A stretch of DNA of 64,000 nt from the human T2T-CHM13v2.0 reference genome, Homo sapiens. How positions within the stretch are numbered: the stretch's first letter is position 1; each line of letters begins with the position of its first letter. The stretch is from assembly GCF_009914755.1 (NCBI RefSeq), contig NC_060925.1; one strand, given 5' to 3'. This document shows, one piece after another, positions 47,871 to 60,769 of this stretch. The notes under the pieces are model-generated. The model was not told where the DNA came from. It saw only the letters and a program-made list of their open reading frames with translations, and did not search any database. A program made the translations under genes and the position numbers.

Positions 47871-50800
47871 TGCAATCAAAATGCAGGCTTGGTAACAGGG
47901 CATGGTATGGCTGTGAATAAGGTGAAAAACTGATGTTTTGCCAAAGAAGAGGATAAGAAGAAATTGGGTTGGGTTCTGTAGGGGGCACTTTTTTCCCCTT
48001 TCATTGCTGATCATTATGTTCTTCTAGACAAATATTCACGATTTACCTTTGGGGGAAGAAAACACTGTGAGGATCTTAAAAATGTACTTTAATAAGGTCT
48101 TCCAGGTTTGTGGGGGTGTGAGCTTTGGAAATGACATTCATCAGACTCAAAGTAAATACTCATTAAATAATTTCAAAATAAGCCATGGGAGGCTCTTCTA
48201 AATCCAGGATCAACCGAAGCCATCCAAATTTAGAGCCGGCCTTATCTGCTCCCCACCCCCATCCCCAAAGATGAGTGTGTTTTAATGAAAGAGGAGCACT
48301 AAATGCTTTCCCTGCGTTTTAAGACATCGAACTCTCATAGAGCGAGTTCTGCCTCACAGCCAGAGCTGGCCCCTTCCTCACCCTGCCCCTTTCATCTCCC
48401 TTTGTTCCGTGTCTATGCTGAGGCTGAGATTTCCCCACCTCTCTCTGTCTTACTGTGGCTCTGAAAGATGATTGCCTTCTGGTGAAGCCCTTTCCCCTTC
48501 TTCTGTACCCAAGCTCCGTGTTCAATGAACATCAAAAAGCCTTATCATACCCTGATGGTTTAAATCTTTAAACAGAGCGTAACAGCCGGAGTACATCCAG
48601 ACCGCTCACATCCTAGAGCCTTGTCACTATGTGTTCCTGCAACAATTACCAGGAGAGGGAGGCTGCGGAGTGAATCAAGTAGCGAGTGTTGTCTCCCCGG
48701 ACTCCATGCTGATGCTCTGATCAGGACTTCAGCAAAATTCTGTTTGAAATGAGAATAGACTAATTTTCATCCGACTCTTCTCCGAGGAATCCCATGTGGC
48801 CCAACACGCCAAGGGTCATCATTAGAAAACTGCCTTCAAAAGAGCTGAGGCTTCTTGTGGCAAAGCTCTCTCCCTTTGTTAAATTTATAAACATTTATGT
48901 AAAAATGTATACATTAATTGTTCAGGCTCTTCTCAGCCTGGAAAGCTATGCCCTGGAATGTACTTGGGGGAAATAGACTCATAAAAATACCCCAAGTCAG
49001 GATGAAAATGGCCTCGTTTTGACTGAAAATTCAGAAGAATTCAGTGATCAAAGGCAATTCTTACTCCCAGCTTTTCAAAGGGACTTATATTAAAAAAAAT
49101 CAGATGTGACCAAGTATAGAAAAGAACTCATTAAGAGCTTAATGAGACGGTGACAGGTGAAGTCATCAGTTGCTTAAACACTGCAATTTTTTTTTCCTTC
49201 CGTAGGAGTTACTCATTTATTTTCCTGGATTCAATTGAGATTTTCTCTAAATCGTTATAAAATACAGAGAAGTTCATCAAAGGAGGAACAGTTTTTAGTT
49301 GCGTGTCACTGGGCATCTATGCAATTAAGATATCATCTTCCCCTCTTGCCCCTCACCTCCATGGGAGATGTTTCCAAACACATCCAGGGAAACAAATAAT
49401 TGAATTGCTTCTACTTTCCCCTCTTCATCGGTTTTCTTTGGAGGGAGAACCCATAAGAGTGAGCAAATATTCCAGAAAAAGCCTAATTTGAGGAAGTTTA
49501 ACGATGAGCCCCATAACCGAAAAGAGAAGGTAAGTTTTGCTGTCTTTAGAGACACAAAAATAAGGAATCCTAGCGAGGTATGACAGCATACTTTTTTTCA
49601 TAGATTTTGTTTTGCTACTCTGGTGTTTGTATAATACCAAACAAAGCAAAAGAAAAAAAAATTTTCTAATTCTCCTAAGCAGCTTAAATCCCTTTTCACT
49701 TTCCCCAGGCAAGACCGGATTCTCTTGCATGTTTCCAGGCTCTGACCTTCCTGACGTTGGTCTCCCAACACTAGTAGCCAGTTTTTTTATTCTTTAAGTG
49801 CTAGAGGAGTCATGAAAAATTCAGACACTGGGTTTCCCTGAGACCAATCTGGTGGCTTTTTCTTTGTGCTAACTGCTGCTTTCTATGCATCATTCAAAAG
49901 GTACATACCAAGTCGTCAGCCCCTGAACTGCTACTTGGTGTTAAACATGAATATTTGTAGCTTAGCAAGGGACTAAATTTAAAAAAAATTAATATTTGAC
50001 AAGCCCAAAGAAAGGCATAACAGGTCCAGAAGATCCATTTGAAGGGTTTTTATTTGTAAAAAGTCAAAACTTTTTGTACAACTGGGGTGATTCTGAGCCA
50101 CAAAAGGTTTGCTTTGAAAAAGCACTGATCACTAGACTTCTTCCAGGAACATCGATTATGATTATGCCGCCCCAAATACAGCACTGAAGTTGCTTTTTTA
50201 TGTGGATGGCGGGAAGAATATTCATTCCATGCATGTGCCACTAATCTTTATGACTAGGACGCCAAGCGGGATGATATAAGACTTATTCCAGTTGCACATC
50301 AACTATACCTACAAAGGCAAAATTGCCTTTTCCCACATTTCTTAATTAGAATTAGAATCAGCTTAGAACTAATAGAATCTCTTATTAGTAACAAAAAGAA
50401 TGACTGGCTCTCCAGTTCAAGTGGCATATCTGCATAACTTATAGCCTTAAGAGCTTATAGTCCCTGGTACTCTTATCTGACTGCCTTTAACTCTCCCATA
50501 TTAATGAGTTGTTCTAAATTTAGTCTGCTGTGACAAACTAATATTAATACAGTATTTTATGGCCCAGAGCATTGTTAATACATAGGAATGAAACCCAGAG
50601 TCAAAGGAAAGTGGGAGAAGGAGGGAGATTACTTTGTGTGATTGTCAAGATATAAGATAATCCAAGTATGTAGATATTAAGACTTAAATATGATACACTG
50701 CTTATGGATTTATATTATGTGAAACATTTTCTATTATTTTAAATCCTCATGGCATTAGTTTCCTATTTTCAGGGGTTTATAACTTGGCCATACAAATTCA

Positions 50801-53024
50801 CTCTGGGCTGAAACCTGGAATGCAGGGTCTTAACCTGGGGACATTTCATTTATTTATTTATTTTATTTAGCCAAATTAAAAGTCAGTTTGGCCATTTTTA
50901 ACCCAGGCAAGTGGCAAAGGAGGAGCACAGGTTTGGAATACAATTTTGTACACAGAGCTCCAGCTGGCTTCAAAAAGTCAGCACCCGAAAAGCAAATGAT
51001 AAATGACTGGTGGGGGAAATTTTATAAAAAGGAAAATAAAAGCTACAAATGCAAGCAATAAACATGATGAAAGGATTTCTTTCTTTAAGTGCAGATTGTT
51101 TCTTTTAAAGTATACACTTTGAGTAGCAGCTGATACATGGGTACTGGTTTGGGTTGCCACCCGTGGGTAGACAGCAAATTTGTAGAATTTGCAGAAGGTG
51201 TAGATGTGTATGGGTACGTATAAATATAATTTATATTTGTTGTTTGTGTCTAAGTAATAGAAACATTCAATGTGGGATCAACCTTGTTCTCTAGCAAGAT
51301 GCAATGCTTTCTTTTTAATGAATCCACAACTTCAGAAGAAAAGCGAGTGTCACAGTTATTATCATAGGCAGCTCTGGGCTGCCAGCTGCATCAGTCAGGG
51401 AAATCTTGAGGTCCACGTAAGTGAGGAAGCAGTGGGGTAGGAGCCTGTGGCAGACTAGTTGTGAAACTTGTTTTAAAAGTCTGACAGGATGGGGGAGCCA
51501 GCCAAAAAAGAAGCAGCATTTTTATCCCAACTAAAAGCACTAAAAGCTTAATGAAAAGCCAGCTCTGTGAGTAACTCTCAAGATGTGTAAGTGGTCCATT
51601 TGGCAGTTGTTTTTAAAAAGCCTTTTTGCATCTTTAAAAGGAAAGCCTGTGTGGGAAATTGTCATTGTATTTCCAGGATATTATACTTTGTTATTCATAG
51701 AAAAATGTTCATTTACTAGCAATGGAAAAATGTTTTTTCTTTCCCTTATTTTTCTTATATATATGTTTAATTATATGGCACTGAGGTCAGTTGAGGAAAT
51801 TTTTCTCTTTTTCTCTAAATTGTTCATTCTTTCAAGTCAATGCTAATTAATTCATACAACATTGTCTTTCTGTACCAAAACTTCCTAAGGACATGCTGGG
51901 AATAGATTTTTTTTTTTGACCTGGAATTTCACAAAGGAAATTTTTCATAAGGAAAATGAGGACTGGCTGCTCTTCAGAAAAGAAGAAAAAACTCAACTAC
52001 CTTGGCAAGGTTGTCAAACATCTTCCCAGAGCACAGAAATAGCTCAGTGGCCCCACCACAGAGTGGCTAGGAGACCCTTTGCGGCAAGTAGAAACAGGAG
52101 GCTGTGCTCACAGTTTTTGGATCTCTAGTGCTGGATGATGATATATTGGATGGTGATGCATCTGAAGAAATTGGAAACAACAACAACAAAAGGCAGAATA
52201 ATATAAAACTTTCAAAAGCAATTGATTCCTCTACATAAAAATGTAATCAAATATACAAAAACCAGAAATATCTACTTTGAAGTTTTTCAGTGTAAGATGT
52301 CTATTTGTAAAACCCTTAACCTCATAATAGCCTTCTTTTTAATGGGCTAAAATAAAGCATAAACCAATAATCAGATGCAAATTAGTGGTAATATCTGTTA
52401 AGGTGAACATCTTCCCTCAGGGCTAGTTAGGATAAATTTCTATCCCTATTGCTGCATGATGACCCGTTATATGACTGATGCTTTGTATATGCCGGATTTT
52501 CCTACTTGAAATGTGTGGTTCACATTAGTTTTAGCTGTTGGTTCTATGTTATAGGCATTGATAGGTTTTTGAGCTAAGAAGGTAAATTTTTGCTTTACCA
52601 AAAGAGAACAACTTCTGTATTTTATGTTACATCTGTTGAGTTTCACAATTACACTGAAGATCAGGAAGGGAAAGATAACTGTTGGATTTCTAAGCTTTGT
52701 TACAAATTTGAATTGGGTCCTCGTTTAGCAGAGGTTGGCTGAATATCTTTAACTGGGCTTGGTTTTAAGAAAATCTGGGTTGATTTTTATATGGTGGGTT
52801 CAGATGAGATAAATTGCCAGAACTGACAAAATGATTCCACGCTCTTAGGAGATTTTCCTTCCCAGGTCTTTCTCGTGATATAATTCATTTTTTCCTGGGT
52901 TTTTTTTTTTTTTAATTTGCTTTTTAGAGAGTGGAGGGACCTCCTTACATTTGCCAGAGCCGCCTGTAAAAATGTAGGACATCTTTCAAGGGTCTCTCAC
53001 CATTATAACTAAAACTATGCCACT

Positions 53025-53845
53025 TAATTTTTAACTTAATTTTTAAAACCAAGTAGCACATTCATAATGTTCAAAATAAAAATATAGTATACAGTAAAAA
53101 GTCTATCTTTGAGGGTTACCCTCCACTTGCCCTTTTCTCTTCTCCTCCCCCCAAATTGCTGGCATTCACATCTACTAGTCTGTTCTTTCAAAAATATCCT
53201 AGGTCCATACCGTCTTTCCCCTTTCATACAAATGGTAGTGTTCTCACACACTGTTCTGCACTTTGGTTCTTCTCTGTATAATTGATCTTGGAGATCTTCT
53301 ATATCAAATCATGAGGGCTTCCTCATCCTTTTTTAGTGGCAGCATTATATTCCATTTTGTGATGTGTTATGATTAATTTAACTAGTCTTCAACTGATAAA
53401 ATTGAAAGTGTTTCCAGTATTTGGCCGTTAATCTAAAGTGTTTCCAGTATTTTGCCATTAAAAACACTGCAGCAAAAAATTACTTTAAACATATGACATA
53501 TCACACATATGCAAAAATATCTGTAGTATAAGTTTCTAGAAATGTAATTGCTGGTCAAATGAAATTGCATTTGTAATTTGGATGGATGTAGCCAAATTAT
53601 CTTCCATAGACATTGTACTGATTACACTCCATCCCGAATTGGATGAGTGTGCCTAATTTTCTACACCCTCATCCTGCGTTAAGTGGCCTTATCAAACTTG
53701 ATCTTTGTCAATTTGATATATATGAAAAAAAGATACTTTGGTATAATTTTAAATCACATTTCTCCTCTTATGAATTGAGGTAAGCGTTTGAACATATATT
53801 TAACAGTTACTTGTTTACCACTTTCTGTGAACAGTCTGTTTATAT
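53025..53845 (-). mobile_element. L1ME-like 3' end
   Basis: 'gcagcattatattccattttgtgatgtg' and 'ttctagaaatgtaattgctggtcaaatg'. Confidence 0.75.
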
Positions 53846-54435
53846 CTTAAATTACATCTATGGAACAAGTCAAATCCCATATTTTCCACCTTGATTTTAC
53901 AGAATCATGTGATTTTACAAAATCACAGATTTTACAGATGATTTTACCATCCCTGGAAATTGATACTAGGGATTCTACTCAATGTTTTATCTCTTGGACA
54001 GGAGGACTGGGAAAAACATCTTGGGCTGATATGAACATGAAGAACACGATGAGATTTTGTTGACCCCTTCCTTTTTAAGAAAAGATTGTGAAAGTCCTAA
54101 TTTTATTTGAAGATTTGAAGGCAGAGACCAGGAAAAGGATTTTTGACTGGTATCAAGCGCAAGCCTTCAGGTTGTCTGGAATTGAAAATGTGTAAATTTT
54201 CTTTTTGTAGAATGCATCTCTGCACTTACATTCCAGGATCCATTTATGTAGATATTTGCCTTCATTCTCTATTAAATACAGGTTGACCCTATAGTCAGAT
54301 GATTGCATATGTTGATCAGCAGATGAAGATCATCAAACAAAGATTGGAAGGATCTGAGGGTCATTGCACCAGCCCTATGTTAACCTCTTTAACAAGGTGT
54401 TTTACTGTTTATTTTTGTTAGCTGAAAATAATTTT

Positions 54436-54738
54436 AATTTTAATTTAATTTTATTATCATTTTTTGAGGCAGGGTTTCACTCTGTTGCAGTGGTGCAATC
54501 TCAGCCTGCTGCAGCCTTGAACTCCTGAGCTCAAGTAGTCCTCCTGCTTCAGCCTCCCAAGTAGCTGGGACTACAGGTGCAAGCCACCACTTGAGACTAA
54601 TTTTTTTTTCCTCATTCTTTGTAGAGACGGTATCTAGCCATGTTGCCTCGGTTGGTCTAGAACTCCTGGGCTCAAGTGATCTCCTGCCTTGCCCTCCCAA
54701 AGTGTTGGGAATACCAGCATGAGTCACTGCACCCAGCC
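54436..54738 (-). mobile_element. AluJ-like element with a small internal deletion
   Basis: 'cactctgttgcagtggtgc' lacks the usual cccaggctggagtg block. Confidence 0.9.
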
Positions 54739-54744
54739 CGAAAT

Positions 54745-55240
54745 AAAGTTTAAAAAGGAATCTAAAAGATATAGTTTAAAAAAATCCCTAAAGAACAAAT
54801 GGAACACAGCCTTATTCTTAGCACTCAGAACTAATGGTTAACTCTTTGTCATATTTCTTTGAGTTTTGTTTCTTTTCCTCTATATTGAGAGACAATCACT
54901 GTACTTTTTTAAAATAAAAGTTGTATATCTATATGCAACTTTTAAACAACATAGTATTGTTTTGTGTGATTTTAAAAAATATAGGTAGTACAATTGTGTA
55001 TCATTCTGTATCTTACATTTTTTACTCAATGATATAGTTTTTATTGAGATTTATCAATGTTCATGTATTCTATATGGATGTATATAGAATATACATATAA
55101 ATGTATATATTTAGGTTATTCTTTTTATTTGCCGTGTGGTATTTCACTGTATGAGTATACCAGATTTTGTTTATTCTTTCCCTATTGGTGGATGTTTAGG
55201 TTGTTGCCAGTTTGCTATAGTTTTTAGTGCATATTCACAA
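54745..55240 (-). mobile_element. L1ME-like fragment
   Basis: 'ttgagatttatcaatgttc...ttccctattggtggatgtttaggttgttgccag'. Confidence 0.6.
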
Positions 55241-55816
55241 AGAGTAGCTCACAGGCTCCTTACGTAAACTCAGTGTCATACGTGAGACAGGACAAATGAG
55301 AAAATTCAAACACAGAGAAGTAATCAATTAACTTGGCTAAGATTTGTTACACTCTCAGATAGAACCCCGTTTTTCTAATTCTTCCTGTAAGGATCTTGCA
55401 CCTACTTTGTACAGCTTTCTGTTTTTCAGAGCTTGGAGTAATATTTAGAAGTTGTAACTGAACCTACTTACATGCAATTTGGGTTAAGAATACCCTATGC
55501 TTTTCTCCTTGATATATACATATATTTTAAGCTCTGTTTTAAAATTCTTATTCTGCACTAAAATTAGTTTTAAGAAATAAATATCTATAAGACAGGTATT
55601 TTAAAAGACAAATAAAAATCCCGGCAAACTTTTCCACATGCGTGTTTAAATTTTGATGTTAAATGTTAAAGGAAACTAAAAGATCTCTTAAGTAGCAAAT
55701 TTCCTGAGCTTAATTCTTCTTATAGAGATATGTTCTTGATATATTGCTGACATTTTAATCTAGAACCAGGACTTTAGTAAACACTCCCCCACAAACTTCA
55801 ATTTCTATTTCCTTTT

Positions 55817-56068
55817 TGTTCTCACTCATAGGTGGGAATTGAACAATGAGAACACTTGGACACAGGGAACATCACACACCGGGACTTGTCGTGGGGTGGG
55901 TGATGGGGGGAGGGATAGCATTAGGAGAAATACCTAATGTAAATGACGAGTTAATGGGTGCAGCAAACCAACATGGCACATGTATACATATGTAACAAAC
56001 CTGCACGTTGTGCACATGTACCCTAGAACTTAAAGCATAATAAAAATAAATAATAAAAAAAGAAAGAA
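55817..56068 (+). mobile_element. L1PA5/6-like 3'UTR fragment
   Basis: 'gttctcactcataggtgggaattgaacaatgagaacacttgg' through the A tail; no TSD evident. Confidence 0.92.
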
Positions 56069-56184
56069 CAAGATTAAATCCTACTCAAGCAAGAGTTTGT
56101 CTTCTGTAAACCATGATGACCATGGTGACTAGAAGATGAAAAACTGAAAGTCAACAAGTACAATACTTTAAAATGAAGAGTCTA

Positions 56185-56486
56185 ATTGATTGATTGATTG
56201 ATTGAGACAGGGTCTCACTCTGTTGCCCAGGCTAAAGTGCAGTGGTGTGATCTCAGCTTACTACAAACTTTGCCTCTCAGGCTCAAGCCTCAGCCTCCCA
56301 AGTAGCTTGGATTACAGACACATGCCACTATGTCTGACTAATTTTTATTTTTATTTTTGTATTTTTGGTAGAGCCGGGTTTTGCCATGTTGCCCAGGCTG
56401 GTCTCGAACTCCTGAACTCAGGGTGATCCATCCACCTCTGTCTCCCAAAGTGCTGAGATTACAGGCATGAGCCACTGTGCCAGGCC
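56185..56486 (-). mobile_element. AluJ-like element with (GATT)n tail
   Basis: Tail 'ttgattgattgattgatt'; TSD approximately aagagt. Confidence 0.9.
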
Positions 56487-57962
56487 AAGAGTAATTTATA
56501 TAGAGAGTCACTGATAGACTTACAGAATATTGGAGCTGAAAGGATCCAGACTGTAGATGTATGACTTGCCCAAGACCACATAGGGTACTAGCAGGTCTAC
56601 TAGAGCACATGACGACAATATACTTACACAATAATTTAATTTTAGTTTTCTTATTTTTTTTTGAAAAGGAAAGGCATATTGTTGTGTAGATGTGTTTAAA
56701 ATTAAGAAAGGAGAATACAATTTTCTATTAAGTAAATATACTAAAATATAAATATTTTACTTTACATTTATGGGGAGAGTTAATTCAAATGTAAGTGTCA
56801 CCAGTGCTGAGTGTGGAAATACCATCACTGCATATCTAACTGGGAATGATTTACTGAAGAAAGCACAAAACCATCAGGGAAATTGCTTCTGCAAAAAGAA
56901 ATTGGTCTGTATGGCTCACACTACTTTCAGAGGACTTTCAATGGCTGTAGAACCTTGTTGAAACTCAAGTCTTACTTTCTTGGGGAGTGGAGCATTCCTG
57001 TTTTCCCAATATGGATCAGGTACACCTTCTACCTGCTTCTGGAGAGTACTATGTCTCTCTTCATCGTAAGGCTTCATAATTACCTGATTGCGTATCTGTT
57101 TCCCTCATTCGATTACAGGATACATATGTTTTGGAACCAGGCCCATCCTTTTCACCATTATATCCAAAATGACTAGCAGAGTGTGGGTTTAGAGCAGGTA
57201 GCCATGAAGTTCACTAAAAGACGTAACAGAAGAATGAATAAATGCTCTAATAAGATTGTGTCTTAGGAGGAAATTTGCACTGTCAGGGTTTACGAAGTCT
57301 AGAATACAATTTAAAAAATGCTAAATGCCTGTTTCTGCTAAATGAATAAAATGTACTAGAATTGCGTGAAGAAACTTGAAAGTAGAGATTTTCCTTTGCT
57401 GAATTAGAAGTGAGTAGTTGAGTTTTCTATTTGAAGATATAACAATATTCTTATATTGTTAAAGAACATTAGAAATCTTGACTTTTACAGCAAAATAAAT
57501 ATCTAGAAGTGAAGTATTGATTATTAATGCAAATATTCTGTGGAATATCTACCACTTGTTTTACGTTTTTTTAATTGACAGAGTGGGAGACCATATTATC
57601 ACCCATTTTATTTTATACAAATTCTTTAGCTGCATCACTAGCTAAAACAAATAAATGTATCATACTTTAATATCAATTACTATTATTGGATTATCAAATG
57701 TAAAAGCCTAAAAATATCTAAATATCACACGGGTTGAGCTATCCCTACCATGGTAATTTAAATATGTTACCTATTTACAAGATACTTTTAGAAAGAAAAT
57801 ATAGGCATTATTAACAAAGTAAAAATGAAATAGATATTTTAATCTAGAATAACTGTGGTTTCTAGTTGAAGATTTTACTTGGTTAATCTTATTTGGGTGT
57901 CTTTTCTTTGAAGTTATGAATGCTTTGTAATCTTAGGGCCTTTTGTAGCCTTTAACAGAGTT

Positions 57963-57981
57963 TTCTCACTAGAGGGCAGCA
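57963..57981 (+). promoter_or_regulatory. Candidate CTCF binding site
   Basis: tcACTAGAGGGCAGCa closely matches the CTCF core CCACYAGRGGGCRGC, in non-repetitive sequence. Confidence 0.6.
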
Positions 57982-60009
57982 TTTGACTAAATGTCCATCC
58001 AAACAGAAGGTTTTTCTGGTGAACTGGGAATATCCATGCAGATCACTTTAATAACTCAGTTAGCAGACTTACATGGATTTCTAATTCGATTTGTTGGGCT
58101 GGGACCCAATTTGGTTTGATAAGCCTTTAGAAAGGAATTTTAGGGATTTATTCCAGTAATAAATATGAATTGTTTTTAGATAGGTATTATATCAGGTTTG
58201 TGAAAGTCATGCTTACCCTAGAGCTTCTATTGCCTAGCCTTTTAAATGCACGTAAATTATTATATTAAATTATTTATTATTGAAACTGAATAAAAAAAGA
58301 ATCGGGTTACTGTTTTATAAGCCCCCCTCCCTTTTTTTTTTTTTTAAAAACTCTTCAATTGTATCTATTTCTCAGTTAATCTTATCTATATTATTTCTCT
58401 GGGAATTTTGTTTTGAAGTGTGAGCCCTGCAGAAGTGTTATGGATGACTGCAAGAGCTGCTAGTGGAGGTCTGTAACATGGAAGATGCTCTTCCTTTGAT
58501 CTGAGCCTTGAGGATAACTGATGCTCAGGGACAATGCTTTTACCTCCTGAAGAGCATCCTCAGAGTCTGGTCCACAGTCCACGGAGTGAGGTTGAGGACC
58601 CAAAAAGGTAGCCTCATTCTTGATTTTGGCTGTCAAGAGGGTAAGCCATTGCTTGGTTCTCATTATTATTTTGTCAGTGTTGGGACAAAATTTCTTCGAT
58701 TTTTCAAGATAGAGTTGAATGTGTAGTGGAGACATCTGGGATATGCAGTTTTTCATAGAGATTGGATATGACAGCCAATTACCAAAATACATCCCACCAT
58801 TAGTTAATCGCAGTATTGCTATGGAAGCCAATGTTGGAGAAAATGGCTTTATCTTAAGTGGCCATTTAAATAGTCTTTTTTGTCCAATGACTTATTGCTC
58901 AAAGGAACCATTCAAATAGTTGCAACAGAAATTCATATTCACAAACATACAAGTATAGTACCACATAAGTACATACAATTATGTATCAATAAAAAACATA
59001 CAAGTATAGGTGTATGTACACATACGTATATATTGTACCATTTAATTTGTATTTTCAAGTTTTTATATAAATTTATTTTGGTGATGACATGTTTTCTAGG
59101 TGAAAGTGATAATTACATTTGAATCCTTATAACATTGAAAGAGACACTTCTCTTCCTGTTCCAATTCAAATTTGGATGAAATATCAAAAGTAATTTTTAA
59201 AATGCTCTTTTGAGATGTTATACTGGGCTTCTAATGATGTAAGCAGAATTAAATTTCTCAAACATTGTGATGGTTGCACCAGGTAATTTAGGAACAAATA
59301 CTTTTCTCAAAAAGTCCAGAGAAAATCTAAAAGCAGAAATGTTATTGCATAAGGCACGCAAGCAGAATTTTTTTCATTTTTGTGTTCTTTGGACCTTTGT
59401 GCGTATAGTCACATAACAATAACCAGACCCTGCCCAATTCTTTTTCACTATAGATCAATTTGGGAGATTTTCACCACTTCCTTTCTATTTTTTGTGTTTT
59501 AGGGGGCTTTAATAGCCAGCATACTTTTGCAAAAAAAAAAAAAAAAAAGGCATAACTTAAACAGTGTACCCAGTTGTTCCAGGGCTAACTCTATTTTATT
59601 TGGTATTTAGAACATATTTGATATTAATATTTACATATTTTTCAGAATTAGAATTAAAGGCTTTAATGCTCTCTACTGAGCATTGTTTCTCTTTAAAAAA
59701 AATCAAAAGGAAATAATCTAACCAATTAGATTCAATGAATAATAATGCTTAGATATAAGTAACTGATCAAATGCTAATTTTCTGTTCAGATTTTTATGTT
59801 TTTAATGAATGTTTTTGGCAACCTCAGGGAATGCAAGGAATCAAAATGATCCATTTCTACATAACTTCCTCTTCAAGTGTTTGAAGTCTATTTCTTACAC
59901 TTCCAACCACTTTCTCTGCCTCTCTGTTTGGATAATATATGTCTGTGGACAAAGTGAGAGATACAGAAGTTAGAGGGAAGAAGGAGAATTTCCAAGTCGC
60001 CGAAACCTT

Positions 60010-60590
60010 TGTTCATTCATGGAGCAAACATATGTCGAATGCCTGCTTAATGACATGGACAGTGCTAGGCACTGGAAACACACATAAATAAGATGCAGTC
60101 TTTGCCTTCAAAAACTCATAGTCAAGTACAGGCAACAAAAAAGTCAATTGTTGTGGTCCAGTGTGACAGGTGCTTTGATAGAACATATTGCCTGGCTATT
60201 ATGGAATCATACAGTGAATGGGGTGAATGGGTATCTAAACTCTAAAAATCACGGAAGACTCACCTGGTATTAGCTTGGTACAAAAGTAATTGCGGTTTTT
60301 GCCATTACTTTTAAATGGCAAAAACCACAATTCCTTTTTTCACCAATGTAATAAAATGATTCAGGAAGGAACTGGTAGGAGTTAGTTAGAAGAAAGAGGG
60401 AGAAAATGAAGGTGGAGGAGAAAGGAGTTTCAGATGGAGGAAACAGCATGTGTGATGTAATGGAAGCAGGAGACAGGATTGCAGGCTGGGAATCACAAGC
60501 AGTCACATTTGCTTGGAATAAAGGGGTCTTGTGGAATTATGGAGGCAGGAGCTCCATCATGAAGGGCTTTGTTAAAGATGTATGTTAACA
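60010..60590 (-). mobile_element. L2 3' relic hosting MADE1
   Basis: 'ttcattcatggagcaaacatatgtcgaatgcctgc...cagtgctaggcactgg'. Confidence 0.7.
60270..60351. mobile_element. MADE1 (Hsmar1-derived MITE), miR-548-type hairpin
   Basis: About 80-bp palindrome ttagcttggtacaaaagtaattgcggtttttgccatt ... aatggcaaaaaccacaattcc...caccaatgtaa, with TA TSD. Confidence 0.95.
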
Positions 60591-60769
60591 CCATTTATTT
60601 CCTCTTTACAATTGCCCTGTTATCACCATGTGGCATAGTGATTTGGGCTCCCAACATATGATTTGTGGGAAAGACTGTTGGGACAACATATTTAGCCTAA
60701 GGGATTAAGGGGAAAGATCAGCAGTAGAGGGGATGAAAGAAGAACTAATACTTAGGGAATTCGCTAAAA

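Noticed and set aside
58460-58831. 123-aa minus-strand ORF in unique sequence
   Set aside because: No recognisable homology or motif; this length is attainable by chance in 64 kb. A PhyloCSF or BLASTP check would settle it.
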